The translations under genes were made by a program, and so were the position numbers. Below are positions 46,164 through 55,482 of a stretch of DNA of 55,482 nucleotides, one piece after another. How positions within the stretch are numbered: position 1 is the stretch's first letter; every line of letters begins with the position of its first letter. The DNA is from Candidatus Saccharimonadales bacterium. GTDB taxonomy: Bacteria; Patescibacteriota; Saccharimonadia; Saccharimonadales; SZUA-47. The stretch is from positions 1-55,482 of the forward strand of contig JBBQVE010000010.1 in assembly GCA_038211855.1 (NCBI GenBank). The letters are read 5' to 3'. The notes under the pieces were generated by a model. That model had not been told where the DNA came from, did not search any database, and was given only the letters and a program-made list of their open reading frames with translations.

Positions 46164-46700
46164 ATGGGTTACCCATTCAACAAGATTCCTTTTGGTAAAG
46201 ATGGTGAGTTTGTCACCACGGTTATAGAGATTCCTAAAGGCTCAACGCACAAGGTTGAGTGGCGCCGCGACCAAGAATTTTTTGCGCTCGACCGTGTCGA
46301 ACCAGGCATCTTCCAGAAACCAGTTAATTATGGTTTTATCCCACAGACGCTTGATGAAGACGGTGATGAACTCGACACGTTGTTGGTAACCGATGAGCCA
46401 GTTATGACAGGTGTCGTGATCGAAGAGTGCCGCGTGATTGGCATGGTTGATTTTGAAGATGACGGCGAAAACGACCACAAGATTATCCTTGTCCCGATGG
46501 ACGATCGCCACTCTGGCCCGATCATGCACGTAAATGAACTCGGCGATAAGTGGAAGCAGCAGATAACGCACCACTTCACGCACTACAAAGATCTCAAGAA
46601 GCCAGGTTCTACGGTTGTCCGCAGTATCGTCGGTCCGGAAGAAGCCTGGAAGGTCATCCGCGAGTGCTCAGAACGAGCTCAAGCCGATAAGTGGTGGTAA
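46164..46700 (+). CDS. ppa: Inorganic pyrophosphatase (family I)
   Basis: VIEIPKGS, LDR, NYGFIPQTL.EDGDELD, DDGENDHKI, FTHYKDL; start MGYP. Confidence 0.95.
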   Translation: MGYPFNKIPFGKDGEFVTTVIEIPKGSTHKVEWRRDQEFFALDRVEPGIFQKPVNYGFIPQTLDEDGDELDTLLVTDEPVMTGVVIEECRVIGMVDFEDDGENDHKIILVPMDDRHSGPIMHVNELGDKWKQQITHHFTHYKDLKKPGSTVVRSIVGPEEAWKVIRECSERAQADKWW

Positions 46701-46706
46701 TCGTCT

Positions 46707-47279
46707 ATGAACTGGGAAAAAGTCTGGAGCGGTAAGATGTGGGTGGCTGAGCAATCAACTCAGTCTGATGGACGGATATTTGAGAGAGTTTTGCGTGCAC
46801 CTGGCAGCCGAATTTTGATCGTTAAAAACGGTAAATTACTTCTAACTCGCGAAAAGCGTGGTGAACTCGACGGAGCAGTTGATTATCGTTTGCCAGGCGG
46901 AAAAGTCTTTGATACCAACGAGGCTTTCCAAGCGTATGTAGAGTCTAGTAAAGATATTGTTGACGCTAGTCGTGATTCGATTTCCAAAGAAGCCGTCGAA
47001 GAAGCTGGCATCATCGTAGAATCATCTAAGCTCAGCTATCTCGGTGTGGATGTGCTAGGCGCGACGGTGTCGTGGGACTTGCATTACTGGTTGGCCACTG
47101 AGTTTGAAATGCACGAAGCTGGTGCGCAGTTTCATGAATCAGAAGCCGACGAAATTGAAGGCAGTATTTGGTTAGCTCTCGGTGAGGTGGCTACGCTCGT
47201 TTTGAATCAAAAACAGTTTTCGGAAAGCCGCTCGGCCATGATGATTACGCGCTACATAAATGGTAGTCTAGGAGTATGA
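46707..47279 (+). CDS. NUDIX hydrolase
   Basis: YRLPGGKV followed by an insertion and KEAVEEAG. Confidence 0.8.
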   Translation: MNWEKVWSGKMWVAEQSTQSDGRIFERVLRAPGSRILIVKNGKLLLTREKRGELDGAVDYRLPGGKVFDTNEAFQAYVESSKDIVDASRDSISKEAVEEAGIIVESSKLSYLGVDVLGATVSWDLHYWLATEFEMHEAGAQFHESEADEIEGSIWLALGEVATLVLNQKQFSESRSAMMITRYINGSLGV

Positions 47280-48052
47280 CACAGGATGAGCTCATTGCTG
47301 CCAAAGATGCTGCCATCGCAGCCGTCTTGCCACTGCGTAAAAAACTAATGGCGAGCTATGGCAGCATCGCTAACGGCATGAAAGAAGACCACACGGTTGT
47401 CACCGAACTTGATCGTTGGGCCGAAGAACGCATCAAAGAATCTCTGCTCACTTTTAACGCGAACATCGGCTTCTTGGGCGAGGAAGAAGGTGCGGCAGGT
47501 AATCAGCAGCTACGCTGGATTATCGACCCAATTGATGGCACAGAACAGTATATTCGGGGCATCCCGTTCTGTGCCAATATGCTCTGCCTTGCTGACGGGA
47601 ATGAACTTCTTGCATCAGTTATTTATAACTTTGTCACCGATGAGATGTATTGGGCGGTCAAAGACGGCGGCGCGTGGTGCAATAACCAGCCGATACATGT
47701 CAGCAATCGGTCGATTGAGCGCTCTTTTGTAGAACTACGTCCCGAAGTTACGACACTGCGTGGCATCGAACTCTACGTAAAAGTCGAAGAACGCATCAAA
47801 ACAATTACACGGTTTAACTGCTCAGCTTTTGTCTCCGTCATGATTGCTAGTGGTAAAATTGAAGGTCGTGTCAGTACTCACAGTAAAGGTGGCCCCTGGG
47901 ACTATGCACCGGGTAGTCTGTTGATTCGAGAAGCTGGCGGTATCGTTGAACATTACGGCGGTGCACTGTATGAATTTATGAATCTGGATAGCTATGTTGC
48001 CGGTACGCAAGCCGTTATAGATATGGCTAGGGAGCTATACGATGAGGACTGA
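47276..48052 (+). CDS. Inositol monophosphatase family protein
   Basis: VTELD, LGEE, WIIDPIDGT, PWDYAPG.LLIREAGG. Confidence 0.92.
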   Translation: MTQDELIAAKDAAIAAVLPLRKKLMASYGSIANGMKEDHTVVTELDRWAEERIKESLLTFNANIGFLGEEEGAAGNQQLRWIIDPIDGTEQYIRGIPFCANMLCLADGNELLASVIYNFVTDEMYWAVKDGGAWCNNQPIHVSNRSIERSFVELRPEVTTLRGIELYVKVEERIKTITRFNCSAFVSVMIASGKIEGRVSTHSKGGPWDYAPGSLLIREAGGIVEHYGGALYEFMNLDSYVAGTQAVIDMARELYDED

Positions 48053-48461
48053 TGTCGTCTTAAAAGCCCTCGTTGTAAATGAAAAAGACGAAATTCTTAT
48101 CCTACGACGCAGTGATACGGATGTACGTCGACCGCTGCAATGGGATTTACCAGGTGGCCATCTAGATGACAGCGAAGAAATGTATGCCGGCATTGAGCGC
48201 GAAATACTTGAAGAGACAGGTCTCTTAGTGACAGGAACGCACGCTATTTACTCGAAGACTGAAGTACGACGTTGGGAGAATAATGAAGCGAATCTAGTCT
48301 TTGTCCTTTATGCATCACATGCCATAGGAACAGACGTGAAGATAAGCACTGAGCATACCGAATATGCCTGGAAAACCGTTGAAGAGGCGCTCAAACTGTA
48401 TGATTATCCGACGCACATCGAGTTTCTCACCTACGTACTCGAGCATAAGCTTGTTCTGTAA
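48042..48461 (+). CDS. NUDIX hydrolase
   Basis: WDLPGGHLD..E......REILEETGL. Confidence 0.92.
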   Translation: MRTDVVLKALVVNEKDEILILRRSDTDVRRPLQWDLPGGHLDDSEEMYAGIEREILEETGLLVTGTHAIYSKTEVRRWENNEANLVFVLYASHAIGTDVKISTEHTEYAWKTVEEALKLYDYPTHIEFLTYVLEHKLVL

Positions 48462-48520
48462 GCCTCTAGCGTTATACAATACCCTCTGAACACTATAAAA
48501 ACGAACTCGGAGGGTGAAAA

Positions 48521-49534
48521 GTGAAAACACGCGTTGCTATTAACGGCTTTGGCCGCATCGGTCGGATGGCATTCCGCATTATGTCGGACCGTACCGACAT
48601 TGAAGTCGTCGGCATTAATGACTTAACAGATACGCGAACGCTTGCACACTTGCTCAGGCACGACACGAATTATGGTAAATTTCAGCACGAAGTAACGAAT
48701 GACGACACTGCGATTATTGTCGATGGCGTACGTATCCCAATTAGTGCCGAAAAAGATCCAACCGCCCTGCCATGGGGCGATCTCAAGGTAGATGTCGTCA
48801 TTGAATCGACAGGTCGTTTTGTAACGAGCGAGGCCGCCAGCGCCCACATCAAGGCAGGTGCCAAGAAAGTCGTCATTTCTGCTCCTGCCAAAGATGAAGA
48901 CACCAAAACACTTGTGATTGGTGCCAACGAAGATGAGCTGTCTGAAGCGGGCGATGTTATTAGTAATGCCAGCTGTACCACTAACAGCATTGCCGCGGTC
49001 ATGGATATTATGGAGCGCGAGTTTGGCATCGAAAAGGCTATGCTCACTACTGTTCACAGCTATACTGCCAGCCAAGATTTGCAAGATGGACCGAACAAGG
49101 ACCTCCGCGAGGCCCGCGCTGCCAGTGAAAATATCGTTCCTGCTACAACTGGTGCTGCGAAAGCAGTGGCCTTGACCGTTCCTGCACTAAAGGGCAAATT
49201 CGATGGTATGAGTGTTCGTGTTCCAACCTCTGTTGTTTCACTGAGTGATGTGACGATGGTACTCAAAAAGCAGACTACCAAAGAAGAAATTAACGAAGTC
49301 CTCAAAAAAGCTGCCAGCGAGCCATATTACCAAGGGATTGTTGACGTGTCTGACGAACCGCTCGTCAGTCGAGACTACGTTGGCAACAGTCATTCCGGTA
49401 CGGTCGACCTGCTACTCACAAACGTTGTCGCTGGAGATCTTGCTAAAGTCGTCGTCTGGTATGACAACGAATGGGGTTACAGCAATCGCCTCGTCGAAAT
49501 GGTCGCTGATGTAGGTAAAGCGCTACACGCCTAA
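48521..49534 (+). CDS. gap: Glyceraldehyde-3-phosphate dehydrogenase, type I
   Basis: INGFGRIGR, SNASCTTN, WYDNEWGY. Confidence 0.98.
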   Translation: MKTRVAINGFGRIGRMAFRIMSDRTDIEVVGINDLTDTRTLAHLLRHDTNYGKFQHEVTNDDTAIIVDGVRIPISAEKDPTALPWGDLKVDVVIESTGRFVTSEAASAHIKAGAKKVVISAPAKDEDTKTLVIGANEDELSEAGDVISNASCTTNSIAAVMDIMEREFGIEKAMLTTVHSYTASQDLQDGPNKDLREARAASENIVPATTGAAKAVALTVPALKGKFDGMSVRVPTSVVSLSDVTMVLKKQTTKEEINEVLKKAASEPYYQGIVDVSDEPLVSRDYVGNSHSGTVDLLLTNVVAGDLAKVVVWYDNEWGYSNRLVEMVADVGKALHA

Positions 49535-49552
49535 TATTTTAAAGAAGGTATC

Positions 49553-50044
49553 ATGAAAATTGCACTCACTACCGACCATACCGGCTTCGAGCTGTTGCAG
49601 CAGTTGAAGCGCTATCTGGAAAGCAACGGTCATGAGTGTGTTGATTTTGGTCCGACCAGTTTTATTGCTGACGATGATTACCCTGGACTGATTAAACCGG
49701 CGGCAATTGCAGTCGCGAACGGTGACTGCGAGATGGGCGTTATCATGGGTGGCAGTGGTGAAGGCGAGGCAATGGCCGCCAACCGCATAAAAGGAGTGAG
49801 ATGTACTGTCTATTACGGTCCGGCTATTGCAGTTGCACCGATCGATGCCGAAGGTACGCCGGCTGAAGACGGTTTTGAGATTTTGCGACTTAGCCGTCAA
49901 CATAATAACGCCAATATCTTGAGCCTCGGCGCCCGCTTTTTGAGCCAGCAAGACATCGAGCAAGCAGTCGATCTTTGGTTGTCGGTACCATTTGGCGGAA
50001 TTTCTCGCCATGTCCGCCGCACAGAGCAACTTGATTCACTATGA
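49553..50044 (+). CDS. rpiB: Ribose-5-phosphate isomerase B family
   Basis: DHTG, DDYP, GGSGEGE..AANRIKGVR, RQHNNANILSLGAR, RHVRR. Confidence 0.93.
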   Translation: MKIALTTDHTGFELLQQLKRYLESNGHECVDFGPTSFIADDDYPGLIKPAAIAVANGDCEMGVIMGGSGEGEAMAANRIKGVRCTVYYGPAIAVAPIDAEGTPAEDGFEILRLSRQHNNANILSLGARFLSQQDIEQAVDLWLSVPFGGISRHVRRTEQLDSL

Positions 50045-50670
50045 GTGAGATTTGCCCAACAATTACGGCTTATAGTGTTGAGGAATACCGCACTCAGCTA
50101 CATAGTGTTGTTGCCTTTGCCAAGCGCATCCATATTGATCTGATGGATGGTGATTTTGCGCCGACGTTATCTCCTTCTGTGAATGAATCCAGGTGGCCAA
50201 AATCGATGCTGGCTGATCTACACATCATGTATCGTCGCCCGATGAACGTCCTTCAAGACGTTATCGCACATCATCCGAATTTGGTAATCGTGCATGAAGA
50301 AGCCGAGAACGTAGCGAGTTTTGTGCACGAACTTCACGAAGAACGTATAAGAGTTGGCATTGCTCTGCTGCACGATACTCCTGTCGCCAAACTCAATCAG
50401 TATATAAATGTGATCGATCACGTGTTGGTGTTCTCCGGTAAGTTAGGTCATCACGGCGGCGTCGCCGATCTAGGTTTGCTCGAAAAAGTCCGTGAAATCC
50501 GCGCTTTGCGACCAGATATTGAAATCGGCTGGGACGGCGGCATTAATGCAGAAAATATTCGCGCGCTGGCTGATGGTGGTGTTGATGTCTTGAACACGGG
50601 TGGAGCTATCCATGGTTCATCTGATCCAGTCAATGCTTACAATAACCTGCTGCAGTTGCTACAATCATAA
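50041..50670 (+). CDS. rpe: Ribulose-phosphate 3-epimerase
   Basis: HIDLMDG.FAP, DLHIM, WDGGIN. Confidence 0.9.
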   Translation: MSEICPTITAYSVEEYRTQLHSVVAFAKRIHIDLMDGDFAPTLSPSVNESRWPKSMLADLHIMYRRPMNVLQDVIAHHPNLVIVHEEAENVASFVHELHEERIRVGIALLHDTPVAKLNQYINVIDHVLVFSGKLGHHGGVADLGLLEKVREIRALRPDIEIGWDGGINAENIRALADGGVDVLNTGGAIHGSSDPVNAYNNLLQLLQS

Positions 50671-50691
50671 GCAAGATAGGGGCTTCATTAC

Positions 50692-51594
50692 ATGGCAAAA
50701 AACTTCAATAGTAAAAAGCGCTCACTCGAAGACCTTGAAATTATGGCAACCAAAATCCGCGAGGATATTATTAAGAGTCTCGAAAAAGCTGGTAGCGGCC
50801 ACAGCGCCGGTCCACTAGGTTTGGCCGATATCTTTACTGCACTGTACTTTGATATTCTCAAGTTCGATCCAAAAGAGCCGGAGTGGGAACAACGCGACAT
50901 CCTACTGCTCAGCAACGGCCACTGCGTACCGGTGCAATACGCCACAATGGCACACGCTGGGTATTTTGATGTCTCGGAACTTTCAACGCTGCGTAAATTT
51001 GGTAGCCGGTTGCAGGGGCATCCCGAACGCGAACGCCTACCAGGCCTCGAAAACACCAGTGGTCCACTTGGCTGTGGTTTGAGTCAGGCGTGTGGTATGG
51101 CGCTTGCCATGAAAATCAATAAAGATTTCCACCGCTGGGTGTACGTTGTCATGGGCGATGGTGAACAGAACGAAGGTAATGTGTGGGAAGCTGCCATGCT
51201 GGCGAGCAAATATGATCTGCACAACGTGATAGCCATTACGGATCGAAATAATATTCAGATTGATGGTACGACCGAATATGTAATGCCACTCGAAGATTTG
51301 CGCGGCAAGTGGGAGATGTTCGGTTGGCACGTCATCGAAGTTGACGGCAATAACATTGATGCGTTTATTGACGCTGCTGCAATGGCGCGGGCCATCGTCG
51401 AAAAACCGGTCATGATTATCGCCCACACTGTACCTGGCAAAGGTGTTGATTTTATGGAATCTGATTATCACTGGCACGGTATCCCGGTTGGGTTAGCTGA
51501 TGTCGCAGGTGCCCCGCCAAAGAACGAACAGGCGAGAGTCGCGCTACATGAACTACGAACGCTTGAAGGAAGAATCAGGAGCGAACATGAGTAA
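50692..51594 (+). CDS. Transketolase, N-terminal subunit
   Basis: GSGH, LSNGH, LQGHP, TSGPLG.G, GDGEQNEG..WE, WHG. Confidence 0.95.
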   Translation: MAKNFNSKKRSLEDLEIMATKIREDIIKSLEKAGSGHSAGPLGLADIFTALYFDILKFDPKEPEWEQRDILLLSNGHCVPVQYATMAHAGYFDVSELSTLRKFGSRLQGHPERERLPGLENTSGPLGCGLSQACGMALAMKINKDFHRWVYVVMGDGEQNEGNVWEAAMLASKYDLHNVIAITDRNNIQIDGTTEYVMPLEDLRGKWEMFGWHVIEVDGNNIDAFIDAAAMARAIVEKPVMIIAHTVPGKGVDFMESDYHWHGIPVGLADVAGAPPKNEQARVALHELRTLEGRIRSEHE

Positions 51595-52561
51595 TATGCA
51601 TATTCTTGATATTTTGGGCGAAGATATTCAACAAGAGGCTATCCGTAAAGGCTTTGGCCGTGGACTGCTGCAAGCAGGTAAAGACGACGAAAATGTCGTG
51701 GCGCTCTGTGCTGATCTCACCGAATCTACCGTTATAAATGTGTTTGCCAAGGAATTCCCCGAACGGTACATTGAAGTCGGTATTGCCGAACAAAACTTGG
51801 TCACGGTTGCCAGTGGCATGGCTCGGATGGGCAAAATCCCATTTACGAGCAGCTACGCTGCTTTTAGTCCAGGCCGCAACTGGGAACAGTACAAAACAAC
51901 GGCTTGTCTCAACAATATGCCTGTGAAAATCGTTGGATCGCACGCCGGTTTGATGACAGGTCCTGATGGCGCGACCCATCAAATGCTTGAAGACATTGCT
52001 CTGATGCGCTGCCTGCCCAATAATGTGGTTTTGGTGCCGTGCGACAGTGTTGAGGCCGAAAAAGCCACGCTCGCACTCGCTAAAGACCCACGCCCAGGCT
52101 ATATCCGTATTGCGCGGGATGTTTCGGCGGTATTTACAACCAAAGAGACGCCATTTGAAATTGGTAAGGCACAAATCTTCTCTGAGGGCAAAGATGTGAC
52201 CATCTGTGCCTGTGGCACAATGGTCGCCCAAGCACTCTTAGCTGCTGAGATCCTCTTTAAAGACGGCATCGATGCCGAGGTGATCAACGTGAGTTCAATT
52301 AAGCCGTTTGACGGCTTAACGGTGGTCGAAAGCGCCAGCAAGACCGGCGCGGTTATTACTATCGAAGAAGCCCAGATAAATGGTGGTCTTGGTAGCGCCG
52401 TGGCTGAAGTTCTTGGAGAAGAGTGCCCAGTCCCCCTGAGGCGCATGGGCATGCGTGACCGCTTCGGCGAGTCCGGTACACCAAGTGAATTATTTGAGTT
52501 CTTCGGTCTGACAGGCAAACACATCGCCATGGCTGCCCACGAAATCATCAAGCGAAAATAA
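51587..52561 (+). CDS. Transketolase, C-terminal subunit
   Basis: ADL, GIAEQN, GPDGATHQ, IKP.D, D.FGESG; start MSNM. Confidence 0.95.
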   Translation: MSNMHILDILGEDIQQEAIRKGFGRGLLQAGKDDENVVALCADLTESTVINVFAKEFPERYIEVGIAEQNLVTVASGMARMGKIPFTSSYAAFSPGRNWEQYKTTACLNNMPVKIVGSHAGLMTGPDGATHQMLEDIALMRCLPNNVVLVPCDSVEAEKATLALAKDPRPGYIRIARDVSAVFTTKETPFEIGKAQIFSEGKDVTICACGTMVAQALLAAEILFKDGIDAEVINVSSIKPFDGLTVVESASKTGAVITIEEAQINGGLGSAVAEVLGEECPVPLRRMGMRDRFGESGTPSELFEFFGLTGKHIAMAAHEIIKRK

Positions 52562-52626
52562 TTTTCTTGTAAGCATAAGGTTTAACGGTTACACTTAAGA
52601 CAAATAAGTGGTGGGAAAAATTCTAG

Positions 52627-53538
52627 ATGCCTTTATCGCTGAGACAGATACGAGATAACTGTTACAAAGCGCGTGAGCTCATGGCTCGCGCTCGAACCGA
52701 AAGATTCGCGGTTGGTGCTTTTAACCTTGATAACCAGGAAACATTGATTGCGGTCATTAAGGCTGCCAAAGCCAAGAACTCGCCAGTGCTTGTAGAAGTC
52801 AGTAAGGGTGAAGTCGATGCACTTGGTCTCGACAATGTTCGCGATATGGTCGACAACTACAAACGTGAACATGGTGTTGAGATGTACATCAATCTTGATC
52901 ACAGTCCAACCGTAGCTGATGCAATTGATGGAATAGAGGCCGGTTTTGAATTCATCCACATCGATGTTTCCCAGGCTAATCACGACGCCAGCGAACAGGA
53001 TATAATTGACGCTACCAAACAAGTTGTTGAGTGGGCAAAGTTGACCGGCGCGCTGGTCGAAAGTGAGCCGCACTACTTTGGTGGCTCTTCAAATGTTCAC
53101 ACTGAAGATATTGATTTTGCAGAAATTAAGAAGACGTTCAGTACACCTGAAGGTTCTAAATCATTTGTTGAAGCGACAGGCATCGATACTTATGCAGCTG
53201 CCATTGGTAATCTGCACGGTGTCTACCCAACTCCGAAGGTGCTCGACATCGAACTGCTTAAGACAATTCGTGAATCGTTAGACTGCAATATCTCCCTCCA
53301 CGGCGGCAGTGGCACACCTGGCCACTACTTTGTAGAAGCTGTCAAAGTTGGCGTCCAGAAAATCAATATAAACAGTGATATGCGCAAAGCTTACCGCGAC
53401 ACCCTCGAAAAAGAACTTGCTGATAATAAGACTGAATATGCTGTCGTGAAACTCATGGGCAAAGTCGAAGACGCAGTCCAAGCCGTCGTTGAATCAAAAA
53501 TAGATCTGTTTAACAGTGCAGGAAAGGCCCGCCCGTAA
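52627..53538 (+). CDS. fba: Class II fructose-bisphosphate aldolase
   Basis: AVGAFN, NLDH, AIGNLHG.Y, LHGGSG, KININ. Confidence 0.93.
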   Translation: MPLSLRQIRDNCYKARELMARARTERFAVGAFNLDNQETLIAVIKAAKAKNSPVLVEVSKGEVDALGLDNVRDMVDNYKREHGVEMYINLDHSPTVADAIDGIEAGFEFIHIDVSQANHDASEQDIIDATKQVVEWAKLTGALVESEPHYFGGSSNVHTEDIDFAEIKKTFSTPEGSKSFVEATGIDTYAAAIGNLHGVYPTPKVLDIELLKTIRESLDCNISLHGGSGTPGHYFVEAVKVGVQKININSDMRKAYRDTLEKELADNKTEYAVVKLMGKVEDAVQAVVESKIDLFNSAGKARP

Positions 53539-54545
53539 TGACTGAACATAAGATTGATGTACTCGCCATTGGTGATGTCGTCACCGATGCCTTCGTAAAA
53601 CTTTTAGATGATCAGGCTTGGACATACAAAGACGAACACGGCAACAAGGTGCTCGCAATGCCCTATGGTATGAAAGTGCCGTTTGACCATGCCGAAGTGA
53701 TTGAAGCCGTCGGCAATGCTGCCAACGCAGCTGTCGCCTTCGCTAAGCTCAACCTGCACGCCGGGCTAGTTGCCAATGTTGGCGCAGATGCTTGGGGTCG
53801 CGACATCATCAATTCGCTGCACGAAAAGAAGGTCGACAGCCGCTTCGTCCATATCAACCACGGCAAAGTTAGCAATTATCACTACGTCCTTTGGTACAAA
53901 GACGAGCGAACGATCCTTATTAAGCACGAAGAATATGAATATCACTGGCCACGCTTCCGCGTCCACGATATCCCAAAATGGGTCTACTTTAGCAGTGTCA
54001 GCGATAATGCCATCGAATATCATGATGAGGTCGCTGAGTGGCTCGAAGAGAATCCAGAGGTCAAGATGGCCTTCCAGCCTGGTACTTTCCAGATGAAAGC
54101 TGGTGTTGAACGACTTAAGCGAATCTACCAACGCACTGAAGTAATCATATTGAACCGTGAAGAAGCTGTGATTGTGACTGGCGGCGATTACAATGATCTG
54201 CATGATCTGATAAACCGGTTACACGGCTATGGGCCGAAAATCGTCGTGATTACTGATGGTCCAGACGGTGCATATGCCAGCGACGGCGAAAATCGCTTTA
54301 AAATGCCGAATTATCCCGACCCAGGACCACCGGTTGAGCGCACCGGGGCGGGCGACAGCTTTGCTGCAACTTTGGTTGCTGCCATAATCAAGGGCGCAAC
54401 TCTCGAAGCTGCACTTTTGTGGGCGCCAATCAACTCCATGAACGTCGTTCAGCACGTCGGCGCACAGGCCGGACTGCTGACTGCCGATGAAATCGACTAC
54501 TACTTACGCAAAGCACCGACCAACTACCACCCCGAACGATTTTAG
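53538..54545 (+). CDS. PfkB/ribokinase family carbohydrate kinase
   Basis: GNAANAAV, VGAD.WG, LNREEA, ITDGPDG, RTGAGDSF. Confidence 0.92.
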   Translation: MTEHKIDVLAIGDVVTDAFVKLLDDQAWTYKDEHGNKVLAMPYGMKVPFDHAEVIEAVGNAANAAVAFAKLNLHAGLVANVGADAWGRDIINSLHEKKVDSRFVHINHGKVSNYHYVLWYKDERTILIKHEEYEYHWPRFRVHDIPKWVYFSSVSDNAIEYHDEVAEWLEENPEVKMAFQPGTFQMKAGVERLKRIYQRTEVIILNREEAVIVTGGDYNDLHDLINRLHGYGPKIVVITDGPDGAYASDGENRFKMPNYPDPGPPVERTGAGDSFAATLVAAIIKGATLEAALLWAPINSMNVVQHVGAQAGLLTADEIDYYLRKAPTNYHPERF

Positions 54546-55294
54546 GAAACGACTCTCATAGCTTTTCGTCGAGCGTTAACATCTTTACCTTCGCGCACTT
54601 GTTTTTTGTATTTACTGAGGCCAATTTTCCCCAAACCAGTTCCGGCAGATACTATCCCGACGCCAATTGCTCGTCCAACAGGACTTTTAGCAACTGGTGA
54701 CATAAGAACGCCCATTCCTGAGCTATGAACGACAGTCTTCCATTGATTAATACGAATAGCGTTAGTCTTGAGACCATTTTCCTTTGCATCTTGACGCGTG
54801 AGGTGCATATCGATATCTCGTTCAACAGATGTTAACAAATTCGCTTCCAGTGCTTTGACGGTATGAGTGTGACCATTCTTTTTGGCTCGGATAATAAGTG
54901 CAGAGAGAACACTATGATAGTAGATTTTATCTATTGTGGCATCAAGGACGGGCCGATCGACGATTCCATATTCGTTTAGAGTCGCCCACATCTCTTTAGT
55001 GAGACCATTTTCTTTTACTTCATCAACTTGATCGGGGAATAAGATACCGACACCTAGTTTAACGGCTTTTCGTTTCAGTGTTCCATCAACTTTGTCGAGA
55101 ATACTACCAACAAATTGCACGCCAGTCTCAACCCAAGTTGGCTCCTCATTTTTAAAGATTAATGCGACGGCTGGTGCTGCCATAATGAGATGCCCGATTG
55201 TTGCAGCGTCGCCAGCTATTGCAATTTGTCGTGCCCGTTCCATCTCGAAATCTATGTCTATGAGTTGGGGGTCTTGTTCTATGATTAATGCCAT
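54542..55294 (-). CDS. Hypothetical membrane protein, divergent CDP-alcohol phosphatidyltransferase-like
   Basis: LDKVDGTLKR ... LDATIDK resembles DxxDGxxAR...DxxxD, with a long insertion between the halves. Confidence 0.55.
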   Translation of the reverse strand: MALIIEQDPQLIDIDFEMERARQIAIAGDAATIGHLIMAAPAVALIFKNEEPTWVETGVQFVGSILDKVDGTLKRKAVKLGVGILFPDQVDEVKENGLTKEMWATLNEYGIVDRPVLDATIDKIYYHSVLSALIIRAKKNGHTHTVKALEANLLTSVERDIDMHLTRQDAKENGLKTNAIRINQWKTVVHSSGMGVLMSPVAKSPVGRAIGVGIVSAGTGLGKIGLSKYKKQVREGKDVNARRKAMRVVS

Positions 55295-55385
55295 CTAGGA
55301 AAGTGTATCATTTATGTTATAAAATGCCTATTTATAAGCATCCTGTCCACAACCCTCAAGTGCGACAGGTAAGGTATTGCGAGAC

Positions 55386-55408
55386 AACGAGCCGTTAGGC
55401 TCGTTTTT
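55386..55408 (+). terminator. Intrinsic terminator
   Basis: AACGAGCC-GTTA-GGCTCGTT-TTT. Confidence 0.8.
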
Positions 55409-55482
55409 GTTTATGTAGCTATGCATTTAGTGCCTCCTGTTGGTTTGCTAGGTATACTTCTCGTGCTGTTTTGTAGTCTAGA

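Noticed and set aside
47276-48052. Inositol monophosphatase as evidence of a mycothiol pathway with the MshC-like gene
   Set aside because: It is 42 kb away in a ppa/NUDIX cluster, the family is ubiquitous, and no mshA/B/D is visible.

Overview
This window is ordinary chromosomal DNA from a small-genome bacterium, most consistent with Patescibacteria/CPR (Saccharibacteria-like). That assignment is inferred from gene content, a split transketolase, few Shine-Dalgarno sites and pervasive leaderless promoters. It contains tRNA-Gln(CTG) and about 50 CDS: an ApbE/FMN-binding/RnfD-FNR flavinylation module, an MshC-like CysRS paralogue, secreted surface proteins, tsaC, a ddl-like ligase, an RRM protein, csaA, MFS/ABC/RND/ZIP transporters, an OmpR-type two-component system, a Y-family polymerase cassette, rarA, a Fur-family regulator, rmuC, yajQ, pheS-cupin-pheT, trxB, def, a phenylalanine hydroxylase, ppa/NUDIX/IMPase genes and a gap-rpiB-rpe-tkt-fba-pfkB operon. 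I found no CRISPR array, transposase or prophage. The strongest unannotated signal is a complete 1-2-3-4 ribosome-mediated attenuator with a Tyr/Phe-rich leaderless leader peptide upstream of the phenylalanine hydroxylase; that gene is translationally coupled to a decayed free-standing B3/B4 tRNA-editing gene. Other hidden elements are a second leader-peptide switch before an ABC exporter, a pseudoknot+terminator leader, a stand-alone 18-aa lysine-rich micropeptide gene, an amyloid-like three-repeat secreted protein and a ~140-aa insertion in PheT. All family calls come from motif recognition by eye; no database searches were run.
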